Origin: Syntrophales bacterium
GTDB lineage: Bacteria > Desulfobacterota > Syntrophia > Syntrophales > UBA2185
Length of the DNA: 64,000 bases
Assembly: GCA_052144335.1 (NCBI GenBank)
Contig: JBKQQP010000026.1
Span: 135,768 to 199,767, forward strand
Direction: 5' to 3'
The notes beneath the pieces were generated by a model. That model worked only from the letters and a program-made list of their open reading frames with translations. It had not been told where the DNA came from and did not search any database. The number at the start of each line of letters is the position of its first letter. Within the stretch, counting starts at the first letter, position 1. Both the position numbers and the translations under genes were made by a program. Positions 37,716 through 47,698 of this stretch are shown here, piece after piece.

Positions 37716-39215
37716 ATGAAGAGAAGAATATACCTCATTAATCCCAAAAATCCCGAAAATTTTTGGGCAATGCAAGGAGCCCTTGACATTGTGGGAAAGC
37801 ATAAAACACTTATGCCCAACATCGCCCTGCTCACCATAATTGCTCTTACCCCCAAAGACATAGATGTCGAATACATCATATGCGATGAAAATGTTGCACC
37901 TATCAATTGGAACATATCATGTGATCTTATTGGGCTTACCGGCTACACACTCCAGTTTGAGCGGATGCAAATAATAAGCGCAAAATTTAGAAAGCGTGGC
38001 ATATCTGTTGCCGTGGGTGGCATTCACGCGACCATTGATCCCGGCAAAGTAACAAACATTGCAGACCATCTCTTTATCGGAGAGGCGGAATATACCTGGC
38101 CTCATTTCTTAAGGGACTGGACAGCAGGCAAGCCCAAGCCTGTCTACAGGCAAGATGCATTTATTGACATGAAAGACAGCCCTGCACCCGATCTATCGTA
38201 CACAACGGCAAAAAACTACCATTACTTTTCGGTGCAGACGAGCCGCGGATGCCCCAACGAATGCGACTTCTGCGATGTTGTGCGGGTTGCGGGAAGAAAG
38301 TATCGGAGTAAGTCCATTGATCGAATTATGTGCGAGGTGAAAAATGCCCATGTATACGGCGCAGAAACTATATTTTTCTCCGATGATAATTTTTTTGTTA
38401 ACAAGAAATTCACCATTGATCTTTTATTGGAACTCATTAAATGGAATAAAACACTTGATCGGCCCCTTTCCTTCAGCACGCAGGCGACAGTAATGATCGG
38501 GGCAGACGAAGAGCTCCTGAAGCTTCTTGCTGATGCACGCTTCAGTGTCATTTTCATCGGGCTCGAAACACTCCGTAAAGAATGCCTTGAGGAAGTCAAT
38601 AAGGGGCAGATGGCCCGCTATAATCCTTACGAAGTCATCCCACGCATCTCGAGTTATGGGATTGTCCCCTTTCTCGGGATGATCGTCGGATTCGATCATG
38701 ACACCCCTGAAGTATTTGAGGAAATCGAGGAATTTCTTAATAAAACGGCGAGTCCCCTCGCCTCGATCAGTGTTCTCAATGCACCGAAAAACACCGTGTT
38801 ATACGAAAGAATGAAAAAGGAAGACCGGATAATTGAAGACTTCAAGGGATTTTGGCACCGTACTACTAATATCACTCCAAAGCGAATGTCTCTGCAGGAG
38901 CTTTATCTGGGACATAAAAATCTTTTCAAAAAAATATACGAACCCGAGCATTTTGAACGGCGCATGATTCGGTGGCTCGAGAATGTAAAATATTTCTCTG
39001 ATCTCTATTCTACCAGGAAGAAAAATATTTATAGATTCTTTATAATAATAAGAATCATGCGGCATTTTCTTTTCCAGGTGCCTCCTTCCGTACGGGCCAT
39101 GTTCTGGAATATTTTACAGGCTGCATGGAAAATCAATCCGCGGCTAATTTCGCGAGTCATGTCGATGTTGGTCCAATACTGGCACTACTACGACTTCGGA
39201 CACAAGGATTCATGA
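37716..39215 (+). CDS. B12-binding-domain radical SAM enzyme (1)
   Basis: N-terminal Rossmann-like B12-binding region (DLIGLTGYT...VAVGGIHAT) and radical SAM cluster motif SRGCPNECDFCDV (CxxxCxxC). Confidence 0.85.
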   Translation: MKRRIYLINPKNPENFWAMQGALDIVGKHKTLMPNIALLTIIALTPKDIDVEYIICDENVAPINWNISCDLIGLTGYTLQFERMQIISAKFRKRGISVAVGGIHATIDPGKVTNIADHLFIGEAEYTWPHFLRDWTAGKPKPVYRQDAFIDMKDSPAPDLSYTTAKNYHYFSVQTSRGCPNECDFCDVVRVAGRKYRSKSIDRIMCEVKNAHVYGAETIFFSDDNFFVNKKFTIDLLLELIKWNKTLDRPLSFSTQATVMIGADEELLKLLADARFSVIFIGLETLRKECLEEVNKGQMARYNPYEVIPRISSYGIVPFLGMIVGFDHDTPEVFEEIEEFLNKTASPLASISVLNAPKNTVLYERMKKEDRIIEDFKGFWHRTTNITPKRMSLQELYLGHKNLFKKIYEPEHFERRMIRWLENVKYFSDLYSTRKKNIYRFFIIIRIMRHFLFQVPPSVRAMFWNILQAAWKINPRLISRVMSMLVQYWHYYDFGHKDS

Positions 39216-39494
39216 CAGAAAGCGGGGCTTGCGGAAGAGATAACTACCTATTGGGCTCAAGTCTTGCCTTGTGCCTTTACTATATTATGATTGCAAAATG
39301 CGAGATTTGAGCCTTTGCCTTCTTAATGCCCACGGGGGTGTCATCAGAAAAACCATTGATGTTGGATGTGATCTTCGTGTATATACTAAGCAGCCGACGG
39401 TATTTGTTATAACTGCTTTATATCTCATTCGGATCAGTTACCTCATCGACTGTTCTGCCCTCGGTTCGAGATGACCAATCTATGACGAAATGAA

Positions 39495-39761
39495 ATGAAT
39501 GAATTAATCCAAGAACTGAAATTTAAAATCATCGAGAGCTTGAATCTTATCGGTGTTTCTCCGGAGGATATCAATGAGAATGCTCAATTCATCGGAGGCG
39601 ATCTTGGGCTGGATTCCATCGATGTCCTGGAACTGGTCATGATGCTTGAAAAAGATTACGGTGTAAAAATTGAAAGCAGAGAGCTAGGCGTTAAGGTCTT
39701 CGCATCCGTTGCGGCTTTAGCGGATTATGTCCATCATTTCCGGTCGGAGAAAAATAATTGA
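39495..39761 (+). CDS. Acyl carrier protein (ACP 2)
   Basis: GGDLGLDSIDVLELVMMLEKDYG. Confidence 0.8.
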   Translation: MNELIQELKFKIIESLNLIGVSPEDINENAQFIGGDLGLDSIDVLELVMMLEKDYGVKIESRELGVKVFASVAALADYVHHFRSEKNN

Positions 39762-41938
39762 ATGGCACACGTGTTTTTATTTCATCAATGGGGATCATAA
39801 GCCCTTTCGGACAAGGCATATGCGATACAATCGACTCCATCAGAACAGCCACACGAGGAATTAAACCTATCCACCTTTTCCCAACTGTTGAGACACCGCT
39901 TCCTGTTGGTGAGATTAGTTCATTTTCTTCCAAGGAAGATGTCCCCCGGACCCATGCATTGGCGTATACTGCTGCCGAAGAGGCTATGCAAAATGGGGGA
40001 GGCCAGCCGGATGCAGTTGTCATTGGCATCACCACGGGAGGAATGCCTGTTACAGAGGAACTTTTAAAACAATGCGTCGTTGATCCTGAAAGATACAGAA
40101 ATCACTCCACCGGGTCCATTGCCGAAAATATAGCCCACCGCGTGGGATGTAAAGGCCCCGTCCTCACTGTTTCGACAGCGTGCTCATCAGGAGCTGTTGC
40201 GCTGAAAATCGCTCTTGAAATGCTGCGGTCGGGCAGGGTGAAAAGGGTTCTTGCAGGAGGCGTTGACGCGCTCTGCAAGTTGACCTACTATGGTTTTCAT
40301 TCTCTTCAGCTTGTGGACTCTACAGGCGCTCATCCTTTCGACAAAGGGAGACGCGGTATGTCCGTCGGTGAAGGTGCCGCAATGCTGTTTCTTAGCGCCG
40401 CGGAAATACCACCGGGCGATGTCCTTGCGGAATTGTTTGGGGCCGGCTTATCCTGCGATGCGTATCATTCCGCTTCGCCTCATCCGGAAGGCATTGGAGC
40501 GCTGCATGCAATGAAAGAAGCTCTTTCCGATGCCCGCATTTCACCTGCCGATATCGATTATATTCATCTCCACGGAACGGGTACAATCGATAACGATCTT
40601 GCCGAGGCAAGGGCAGTACATGCACTTTTCGGGAACCAACCTTTGCCGCTGCTTTCTTCCATCAAAGGGTCTATCGGGCATTCCCTGGCAGCAGCAGGGG
40701 CGATTGGCGCTGTTGTTTCCACATTAAGCATTACCCAGGGCATCATACCTGCGAATACGGGCTTTCATAATCCCGATCCCTGCTTACGTTTGACTCCGGT
40801 GAAAGAGCCTTTGGAGGCGAAGATCAATACAGTTCTTGTAAATGCCTTCGGTTTCGGCGGAAATAACGCTGCCCTCGTTATCGGCCGCCCGGGGGGTCAA
40901 GAAGATTTAAGTGCTCCGGTTTGCGTGTCAAAACCCAGAGCATTTGCCATATTGGGAAGCTCCTGCTTCACAGGGGCCGGGGATGCTGGACAAACAATGG
41001 AACGCATCAGTCGTGGTGAAGGAGCAGGAGGAATAGTCCCATCTGCCGAAATACTGAGGTTCCTCTCCGAGAAAGACGTCCGCCGTATGAAGCGTCTTTG
41101 CCGCATGGTCCTATCGCTGGCGGTTTCTGCCTGTGGAGATACAACAATGACGGAACCACCGGCCTCGGTTTTTTTTGGAACGGGTTGGGGCGGGCTTTCT
41201 GAAACCCATGATTTCTTGACAAAGCTCTTTGCATCGAGTGAGAGGTTTACCAGCCCGACGGATTTTGTCGGCTCCGTGCACAACGCGGCCGCAGGCCATG
41301 TAGCGATGCACTTGAAGGCCACAGGGCCGAATGTGACAATGACAGGCGGCGATTGTTCCTTCGAGCAGGCACTGCTGAGCGCGAGCCTTCTCACCCGAAA
41401 TAGCGCTGACCCTCTTCTCGTAATCGGCGCGGACGAATATCACGAAAAATTATCTCCGTTGTTTGATGCCTCCGTGGCGCAGGCAAGAGTCCCGGCAGAC
41501 GGAGGGGGCGCGCTCTGCCTCATGCCGGCGACGTCGCTATCCCCCCTGCAAATATATCCTTCGTTTTTCTCTTATACTGGAAACAACGGGAAATGCATCA
41601 CGGAACTCATCACTGCGCTTGGTGGAAGAGAAAGAATCAATGACGAATTCGGAGCCGTACTGGCGGGGATTCCTGCCGCACAAAGAGAAAAGGGAGGGGG
41701 GCAATTAAACAAATTCCTGTCTCTCACGGAATACCCCCATCCCGTTATCGATTATCGGAGGTTAGTCGGTGAGTTTGCATCGGCGTCGGCCGTCGCAGCG
41801 ATTCTGGCAGCCTCGTTTGTAAAGGCCGGTGAAATACCCGGGACCCTCTGCCATCAAGGCCCGGTGCCATTGCGGGGGAAGGGTGTTCTTGTAATGGGAT
41901 TCGGTAATTACATAACGGCGGTGGAGATAAGGCCATGA
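39758..41938 (+). CDS. Fused beta-ketoacyl synthase plus KS-like/chain-length-factor-like domain
   Basis: The N-terminal half has the intact triad contexts TVSTACSSGAVAL, HLHGTGTIDND and KGSIGHSLAAAGA, then NAFGFGGNNAALV. The C-terminal roughly 330 aa is thiolase-like (FFGTGWGG...HNAAAGHVAM...GGDCSFEQALL) but lacks the two His motifs. Confidence 0.8.
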   Translation: MNGTRVFISSMGIISPFGQGICDTIDSIRTATRGIKPIHLFPTVETPLPVGEISSFSSKEDVPRTHALAYTAAEEAMQNGGGQPDAVVIGITTGGMPVTEELLKQCVVDPERYRNHSTGSIAENIAHRVGCKGPVLTVSTACSSGAVALKIALEMLRSGRVKRVLAGGVDALCKLTYYGFHSLQLVDSTGAHPFDKGRRGMSVGEGAAMLFLSAAEIPPGDVLAELFGAGLSCDAYHSASPHPEGIGALHAMKEALSDARISPADIDYIHLHGTGTIDNDLAEARAVHALFGNQPLPLLSSIKGSIGHSLAAAGAIGAVVSTLSITQGIIPANTGFHNPDPCLRLTPVKEPLEAKINTVLVNAFGFGGNNAALVIGRPGGQEDLSAPVCVSKPRAFAILGSSCFTGAGDAGQTMERISRGEGAGGIVPSAEILRFLSEKDVRRMKRLCRMVLSLAVSACGDTTMTEPPASVFFGTGWGGLSETHDFLTKLFASSERFTSPTDFVGSVHNAAAGHVAMHLKATGPNVTMTGGDCSFEQALLSASLLTRNSADPLLVIGADEYHEKLSPLFDASVAQARVPADGGGALCLMPATSLSPLQIYPSFFSYTGNNGKCITELITALGGRERINDEFGAVLAGIPAAQREKGGGQLNKFLSLTEYPHPVIDYRRLVGEFASASAVAAILAASFVKAGEIPGTLCHQGPVPLRGKGVLVMGFGNYITAVEIRP

Positions 41939-43416
41939 TGCGGGAAAGACGCGTACATGGAGATGTCCTGATCATCGGTTCCGGTGTCGGTGGTCTGACG
42001 GCCGGTATAATTCTGTCGAAACTTAACCACCGGGTCACGGTCGTGGAAAGAAATCCTCTGCCGGGGGGATTAATGCGGAGCTATGTCCGGTCCGGCATTG
42101 AATGTCCTGTGGGCGTCCATTACATGGGGTCTCTTGATAAGGGGCAGCCTCTCCGGAGGCTGTGGGACTATCTCGGAGTAACCCCGTTGATACCTGTCGA
42201 GCGCATGGGCGTAAATGGCGTCATAGACCGCTATATTTTCGATGAGTTTTCCTTCGATCTTCCCGAAGGCATCGATGCCTTCGAAGACAACTTGAGGCGG
42301 GCCTTTCCCCTGGAGTACAGCCAGATTATAACGATCATGGGCGATCTAAGGCAAATATCCCGCTCCTTGTCCTCGCTCGACATACCGATGTCTCCCGAGA
42401 TGAATCTTCTTTCGCCGGAGAACTTTGAATCTATGGGGGAACGCCTCCTGCGCATGTGTTGTTCCACACGGTTGTTCGCTGTTCTAAGTGTTTCTTCCAC
42501 ACTGATCGGAGTTGATCTACGGGAATGTCCCGCTTTATATTATTATATGACCCTTGCCTCCTATCTCCTTTCCTCCTGGCGATTGACCTGCAGCGGTTCA
42601 CAGATGGCTGATGCTTTTGTATCCTGTCTCAGATCACATGGTGGTGATGTCGTTACCGGTGACGGTGTCGAAAGAATCCTGGTAGATTCGGGACGGGTGA
42701 AAGGAGTCGTTTTGCAGTCCGGCCGCGTCCTTGAGGCAGAAGCTGTCATCGCCGCCGTTCATCCCGAGATCCTGATTGCCATGCTGCCCCGTGATGCCCT
42801 CCGGCCCGCATATGCAGAGAGAGTCAAACAACTTGAAAATACGAAAGGACTCTTTTCCGTCAATCTTGCCATTGATGCTGAGGCGCATGAGTCATTATCC
42901 TATAACATCTACCGGCTCCACTCGGAGGAAGACGGCACCCTGTCACGTGGAACATTCCATCAACTGCGAAACAGCGGGCAGCCTGGAGTAAATATCTTAT
43001 CCATGATTACAATGAGCGGCATTGATGAATGGCGGAAGTGGGAGGGAACAATGTCAGGATGGCGGGGCAGGGATTATGCGGAGGCAAAGGAAGAGAAAGC
43101 CCGTTTCCTCATCGATGAGGCCTCAAAGTTATTCGGACATCTCAGGGGAATGAAGATACTTGATATCTATACCCCGTTGACTATCAGAGACCAGGTGAAC
43201 TCTCCGGACGGTTCAGCATACGGAATTATTCGTTCGACAAGACAATTGATGAAGACGGCATCTTTGAGGCGTACATCCATCGGGGGCTTGTTCCTTGCCG
43301 GTCAGAACAGCCTGGCACCAGGGATTATGGGGACAATTCTGGGATCTTTCCAGGCGGTCAAACAAGTCATAGGTCATGAAAGATTCACCCGGGAAGTCAC
43401 AGGGGATTTTCTGTGA
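41935..43416 (+). CDS. FAD-dependent oxidoreductase of the phytoene desaturase (CrtI/CrtD) family
   Basis: DVLIIGSGVGGLTAGIILSKLNHRVTVVERN dinucleotide fold, length 493 aa, C-terminal GLFLAGQNSLAPGIMG. ATGA overlap with the upstream gene. Confidence 0.8.
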   Translation: MMRERRVHGDVLIIGSGVGGLTAGIILSKLNHRVTVVERNPLPGGLMRSYVRSGIECPVGVHYMGSLDKGQPLRRLWDYLGVTPLIPVERMGVNGVIDRYIFDEFSFDLPEGIDAFEDNLRRAFPLEYSQIITIMGDLRQISRSLSSLDIPMSPEMNLLSPENFESMGERLLRMCCSTRLFAVLSVSSTLIGVDLRECPALYYYMTLASYLLSSWRLTCSGSQMADAFVSCLRSHGGDVVTGDGVERILVDSGRVKGVVLQSGRVLEAEAVIAAVHPEILIAMLPRDALRPAYAERVKQLENTKGLFSVNLAIDAEAHESLSYNIYRLHSEEDGTLSRGTFHQLRNSGQPGVNILSMITMSGIDEWRKWEGTMSGWRGRDYAEAKEEKARFLIDEASKLFGHLRGMKILDIYTPLTIRDQVNSPDGSAYGIIRSTRQLMKTASLRRTSIGGLFLAGQNSLAPGIMGTILGSFQAVKQVIGHERFTREVTGDFL

Positions 43417-44762
43417 AGGTATTGCTCATATCGACAAACACTGTTACCAAGCCTTATCCGTCGTACCCAATCGGACTTGATTATGTGGCGAATGCCATAT
43501 CAACACTGCACCAGGTGAAAACAGTCGACATGAATGAACTTAAGGACGGGAATGCCCTCGCCGGGGTTCTATCTCAATTCGTCCCAGATGTCGTCGGGGT
43601 ATCCATCAGAAACGTCGATAATGTCGACTATACCAATGTGAAAACCTTTATAGGTGAAATCCGGGAATTGATCAGTATCATACGTCGACATTCGAAGGGA
43701 GCGATCGTCCTAGGAGGTAGCGGGTTTACCATACTGCCAGGCGAATTGATTACACTCCTTGATGCTGATTTTGGCGTCGTCGGCGAGGGAGAACGGATCC
43801 AGCTACTTCTTAACGCACTAGAACGGAATGATAGTGTTTCAGGTCTTCAGGGGATTATAACAAGAAACAGTCCTATTGAGTTCCCTGATCCTTGGTCACA
43901 GCCGTTCCCGCGCGGCATTTTCCCAGGTCATTCCTATACATCTTTTTACCTGAAAAGTGGAGGCATCCTTAATATCCAGACAAAGAGGGGATGTCCCTTC
44001 AAGTGTATCTATTGTACCTATCCCCATATAGAGGGAACGCAGTTCCGCTTTGCAGAGCCGGAGGAAGTTGCCGATACGGCCAGAATGCTTCAGCAAGCCG
44101 GTGCCAGATACCTATATGTGACAGATTCGACTTGTAACGGAAGCTATGAGCATAGCTTAAAGGTTGCGGCAGCATTTAAAAGAACGGGTATTTCCATTCC
44201 CTGGGGCGGCCTTTTTGTACCAACGGTCCCACCGCCTGACTATTACAGAATCCTTGCCGATGCGGGGCTTATGCATGTAGAATTCGGCACGGAGAGCCTT
44301 TCTAACCAAGTACTTGAATCATACGGCAAACCTTTTCAAATTGATGATGTCTTTTCTTCACACAGAGCGGCTCTCGCTGCCGGTCTACACGTGGCTCATT
44401 ATCTCATGCTAGGTGGGCCGGGAGAAAATAAGGATACGTTGAAAGAGACTCTGGCCAATGCCAATAAGCTGGAAAAAGCCGCTTTTTTCGTTTTCAGCGG
44501 AATCAGAATTTATCCCAACACTGCCCTGTATGATCTGGCCCTTGAGGAAGGGCAAATAGAACCTAACTGGAATGCACTCGAACCGAAGTTTTACTGGTCG
44601 CCGGCCTTGAGTCGGGAGAAGGTTATGGAAATTGTAATGGATCATGCCCGCAGTCGGAGGAACTGGGTTGTTGGGTCCGGGTCTCAACAGATGTTCAGGA
44701 GTATTGCGAGGCTGCATGAACGGGGCAATGTCGGACCCCTATGGGAGCGATTGATCCAATGA
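43413..44762 (+). CDS. B12-binding-domain radical SAM enzyme (2)
   Basis: MKVLLISTN...PDVVGVSIRN...IVLGGSGFT (B12-like domain) and TKRGCPFKCIYCTY (CxxxCxxC). The GTG start overlaps the upstream TGA. Confidence 0.85.
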   Translation: MKVLLISTNTVTKPYPSYPIGLDYVANAISTLHQVKTVDMNELKDGNALAGVLSQFVPDVVGVSIRNVDNVDYTNVKTFIGEIRELISIIRRHSKGAIVLGGSGFTILPGELITLLDADFGVVGEGERIQLLLNALERNDSVSGLQGIITRNSPIEFPDPWSQPFPRGIFPGHSYTSFYLKSGGILNIQTKRGCPFKCIYCTYPHIEGTQFRFAEPEEVADTARMLQQAGARYLYVTDSTCNGSYEHSLKVAAAFKRTGISIPWGGLFVPTVPPPDYYRILADAGLMHVEFGTESLSNQVLESYGKPFQIDDVFSSHRAALAAGLHVAHYLMLGGPGENKDTLKETLANANKLEKAAFFVFSGIRIYPNTALYDLALEEGQIEPNWNALEPKFYWSPALSREKVMEIVMDHARSRRNWVVGSGSQQMFRSIARLHERGNVGPLWERLIQ

Positions 44763-45577
44763 AGCATGACGTAAAAGGAGCGGGATATATATCTCCGGCT
44801 GCTATGACCGGATTTGTCGCTATTGCACTTGCGGCAATGCTGTCCTTCTTCTTTGTTCGCTTAGCCATTATTCCCCTTTCTGTATTTGTTTTATGCTGTT
44901 TGGCGGCCCCCTTTTTCCCCTCCAGTGGTTTCTTTTTGCCAGTCAACAGCCGGGGGAAGACAGGAAAACCTGCGGTGTCTCTAACATTTGATGACGGCCC
45001 CGATCCCGAGATGACCCGTCCACTTTTGCTACTGCTGGACCGGCACTCCGCAAAGGCCGCTTTTTTCGTTACCGGGGAAAAGGCCGCCAAATACGGCGAC
45101 CTCATTTCAGAGATACTTGCACATGGTCATGACATCGGCAATCATTCATATAGCCACGACCCGCTCTTGATGTTGCGCTGTTCAGAAAGGCTGTATCGGG
45201 AAATCGAATCAACGCAAGTCTTGTTGAGACGTTTCGGTATTTCCCCTGCCGCTTTTCGGCCGCCCGTAGGTATCACCAACCCAAGGCTGGCCAAAGTTCT
45301 GCTTCAACATGGGCTTTACTGCGTTACTTTCAGCTGTCGGGCTTTTGACGGCGGGAACAGATATATCAAAGGATTGTCTAGAAAAATACTGAGTAAGGTG
45401 AATTCAGATGACATCGTCCTTCTTCACGATATCAAACCAAGAGTGGTGACGGATACGGAATACTTTTTACGGGAGATTGATACGATCCTTTCCGGTTTGA
45501 AAAAGAAAGGATTGGAAATAGTTCCTCTTTCCGAGCTTATGGGAAGACCGGTTATGGTGCGGATTAAAAGTAATTGA
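44759..45577 (+). CDS. Membrane-anchored polysaccharide deacetylase (NodB homology domain)
   Basis: Two N-terminal TM helices, then TFDDGPDP, FFVTG, GHDIGNHSYSHD, FRPP.G and LLHD motifs. ATGA overlap with the upstream rSAM stop. Confidence 0.8.
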   Translation: MKHDVKGAGYISPAAMTGFVAIALAAMLSFFFVRLAIIPLSVFVLCCLAAPFFPSSGFFLPVNSRGKTGKPAVSLTFDDGPDPEMTRPLLLLLDRHSAKAAFFVTGEKAAKYGDLISEILAHGHDIGNHSYSHDPLLMLRCSERLYREIESTQVLLRRFGISPAAFRPPVGITNPRLAKVLLQHGLYCVTFSCRAFDGGNRYIKGLSRKILSKVNSDDIVLLHDIKPRVVTDTEYFLREIDTILSGLKKKGLEIVPLSELMGRPVMVRIKSN

Positions 45578-45801
45578 TGATGGCTTTGATCACATTACGA
45601 GATTATGCTGTATTGTCATTTCTATCGAGGGGAGACATCTTATAGACCATCGATACGTGACAAGATTGCGACATCGCTTCGCTCCAATAAGTTTAGATTC
45701 AAAATTTCAAAGCAATCCTGAACTTGTGGAGATCAAAAATATTTTTGACATAATTACGGATAAATGATAGGTGAAATCGCTTATATATACGGCAAATCAT
45801 C

Positions 45802-46194
45802 ATGGATGGGGCATGGCACAGCATATCGTATAAGGGGGAGACGTCAGGCAGTGAGATTCTTGCAGAAGCTCGCGCGGAAACCGGATCACCGTGGTTTTCA
45901 GGGCATTTTCCGGATGTCCCGATTCTGCCCGGCATTGCCATCTTGTCCATGGTGACAGATGCCATCACGCATCATGAATCCGAAAATGGGCATAAAATAC
46001 GGATAGTCGGTATCAGGAGGGTCAGATTCAGGCTACCGGTGAGACCGGACGAGTTGTTGAAAATCTCCCTGTCTTCGTCCTATGAGGACGGCAGACTTTC
46101 CTATCATTTTAATGTCGCGGTAGAGGGCAAAACGGCATGCACAGGCATCATTATGGCTGAGTTGCTACAAAAGGAAAATACAAACCATGGTTGA
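45802..46194 (+). CDS. FabZ/FabA-like hotdog 3-hydroxyacyl-ACP dehydratase
   Basis: WFSGHFPDVPILPGIAILSMV matches the FabZ HFPxxPxxPG catalytic His block. A 224-bp intergenic gap lies upstream. Confidence 0.75.
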   Translation: MDGAWHSISYKGETSGSEILAEARAETGSPWFSGHFPDVPILPGIAILSMVTDAITHHESENGHKIRIVGIRRVRFRLPVRPDELLKISLSSSYEDGRLSYHFNVAVEGKTACTGIIMAELLQKENTNHG

Positions 46195-46260
46195 ATCTCC
46201 ATGGATTTCATTCCCCACCGCTTGAGGCGGGGTAATTCATTTACGCAGTGAGGATTGTGA

Positions 46261-46527
46261 ATGCTCATGAGCATGAATAAAAAAGCACTGATATTTCGCG
46301 TTGCCAAAATTATCATTGACGAACTGAAGCTGAAAGAGATTACGCCGGAAACATTCGATCCCGATCTTGATCTCGTGAATGAACTTGGCGTTGACAGCAT
46401 GGATCTTGCCACCATAGCCCTTGTGCTTCAGGACGAATACTGTATCATCATCGATGAAGACGATTATCCTAAACTCAGAAACATTCGCATGATAGCGGAT
46501 TATATAGAGAAGAAACAGGCAACATGA
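46261..46527 (+). CDS. Acyl carrier protein (ACP 3)
   Basis: NELGVDSMDLATIALVLQDEY. RBS GAGGA lies 7 nt upstream. Confidence 0.8.
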   Translation: MLMSMNKKALIFRVAKIIIDELKLKEITPETFDPDLDLVNELGVDSMDLATIALVLQDEYCIIIDEDDYPKLRNIRMIADYIEKKQAT

Positions 46528-46555
46528 ACCAGATAACCCTCTTCTTGAAAGATTC

Positions 46556-47635
46556 ATGAATACTACGGACAACATAACAATTCTTCAATGCGATAAAGAG
46601 ACAAAAAAGTGGAAATTTTCCGAGCTGCTAGCCGAGCCTGTGGTACGCCGGCGCTGGGAAAGGGTGAGGAAGTTTTTTTTCCTGCGCGAATCTACTTACG
46701 ATATGACGAACCGCTGCAACATACGATGCGACGGTTGTTATTATTACGAAGGGGAAAAGCAGTTCGCACAAGGAAACGAGGACCCAGCGGCATGGCGGAA
46801 ACTGATGAAAGAGGAAAAGGCGAGGGGAATCAACTATGTAGTTCTGGCCGGTGCAGAGCCGTCTATGGTCCCGCAGCTTCTGGGGGTCTGCTACGAAGAA
46901 ATGCCGCTGGGGTGTATTGCCACGAATGGCTTTAAACTCATCCCCACATCAGTCGGCTACAAGATTCATGTCTCCGTCTGGGGAAACGATGAAACGAGCC
47001 TGCGTGTAAGAGGGGCAAAGAATCTGTTGTCGAAACAAATCGACAATTACAGGGGGGACCCCAGGGCTATCTTTGTATATACCTTTACGCGAGATAATAT
47101 AAATGAAGTCTATGAAGTGATGGATATAATTGCCGCACATGATTGCAGGATTACCTTTAATGTTTTTTCATCTCCTGTTGGCTATGCTGGGCCGTTACGA
47201 CATAACAATGATTCCCTTGAACGAATACGGAATGTCATGGTGGACATTCTTTCCCGATATACGGGATATGTACTTTTTTCCCCCTACAGTGTGGTAGCGC
47301 ATACCCATAAATATGGTCTGCACGAGCTCTATGGATGCTCTTATCCGAGAAGGAATCCATCGACAGATATCGGTCTGGGACGATCCTTCAGGCAATATCG
47401 GGCGGATCTATCTTGGGACCGGAACGTGGCCTGCTGTGTTCCCGACACAGATTGTGAAGAATGCAGGCATTATGCAGCCGGCAGTGCCGTTGTTACGGCA
47501 CGTCTGTATCGTCATGTTACTGACCCGGACACGTTCAAATCATGGCTTGACTATGTGGATACATACCTTGCCGTTTGGGTTGTGGGTTATGAAAAGGGCG
47601 ACAACCTCTGCCGCCAGATGATTGCGCCACCATGA
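46556..47635 (+). CDS. Radical SAM enzyme (non-B12 type) with Cys-rich C-terminal region, paralog A
   Basis: MTNRCNIRCDGCYY (CxxxCxxC). C-terminal CCVPDTDCEECRHYAAGS suggests an auxiliary cluster or SPASM-like element. Confidence 0.8.
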   Translation: MNTTDNITILQCDKETKKWKFSELLAEPVVRRRWERVRKFFFLRESTYDMTNRCNIRCDGCYYYEGEKQFAQGNEDPAAWRKLMKEEKARGINYVVLAGAEPSMVPQLLGVCYEEMPLGCIATNGFKLIPTSVGYKIHVSVWGNDETSLRVRGAKNLLSKQIDNYRGDPRAIFVYTFTRDNINEVYEVMDIIAAHDCRITFNVFSSPVGYAGPLRHNNDSLERIRNVMVDILSRYTGYVLFSPYSVVAHTHKYGLHELYGCSYPRRNPSTDIGLGRSFRQYRADLSWDRNVACCVPDTDCEECRHYAAGSAVVTARLYRHVTDPDTFKSWLDYVDTYLAVWVVGYEKGDNLCRQMIAPP

Positions 47636-47698
47636 AAGAAGAGATGATGGACGTCCCAATTTTCCATTTCTTTAGTCGATTAACATGTACCTAAATGG

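Noticed and set aside
39125-39474. Short ORFs (61 and 67 aa) in the 280-bp gap before ACP 2, and a possible promoter TTGCCT-16-TATGAT at 39264-39291
   Set aside because: The ORFs have no RBS or motifs. The promoter match is only moderate and about 200 nt from the ACP start. It is noted only as a possible internal sub-operon start.
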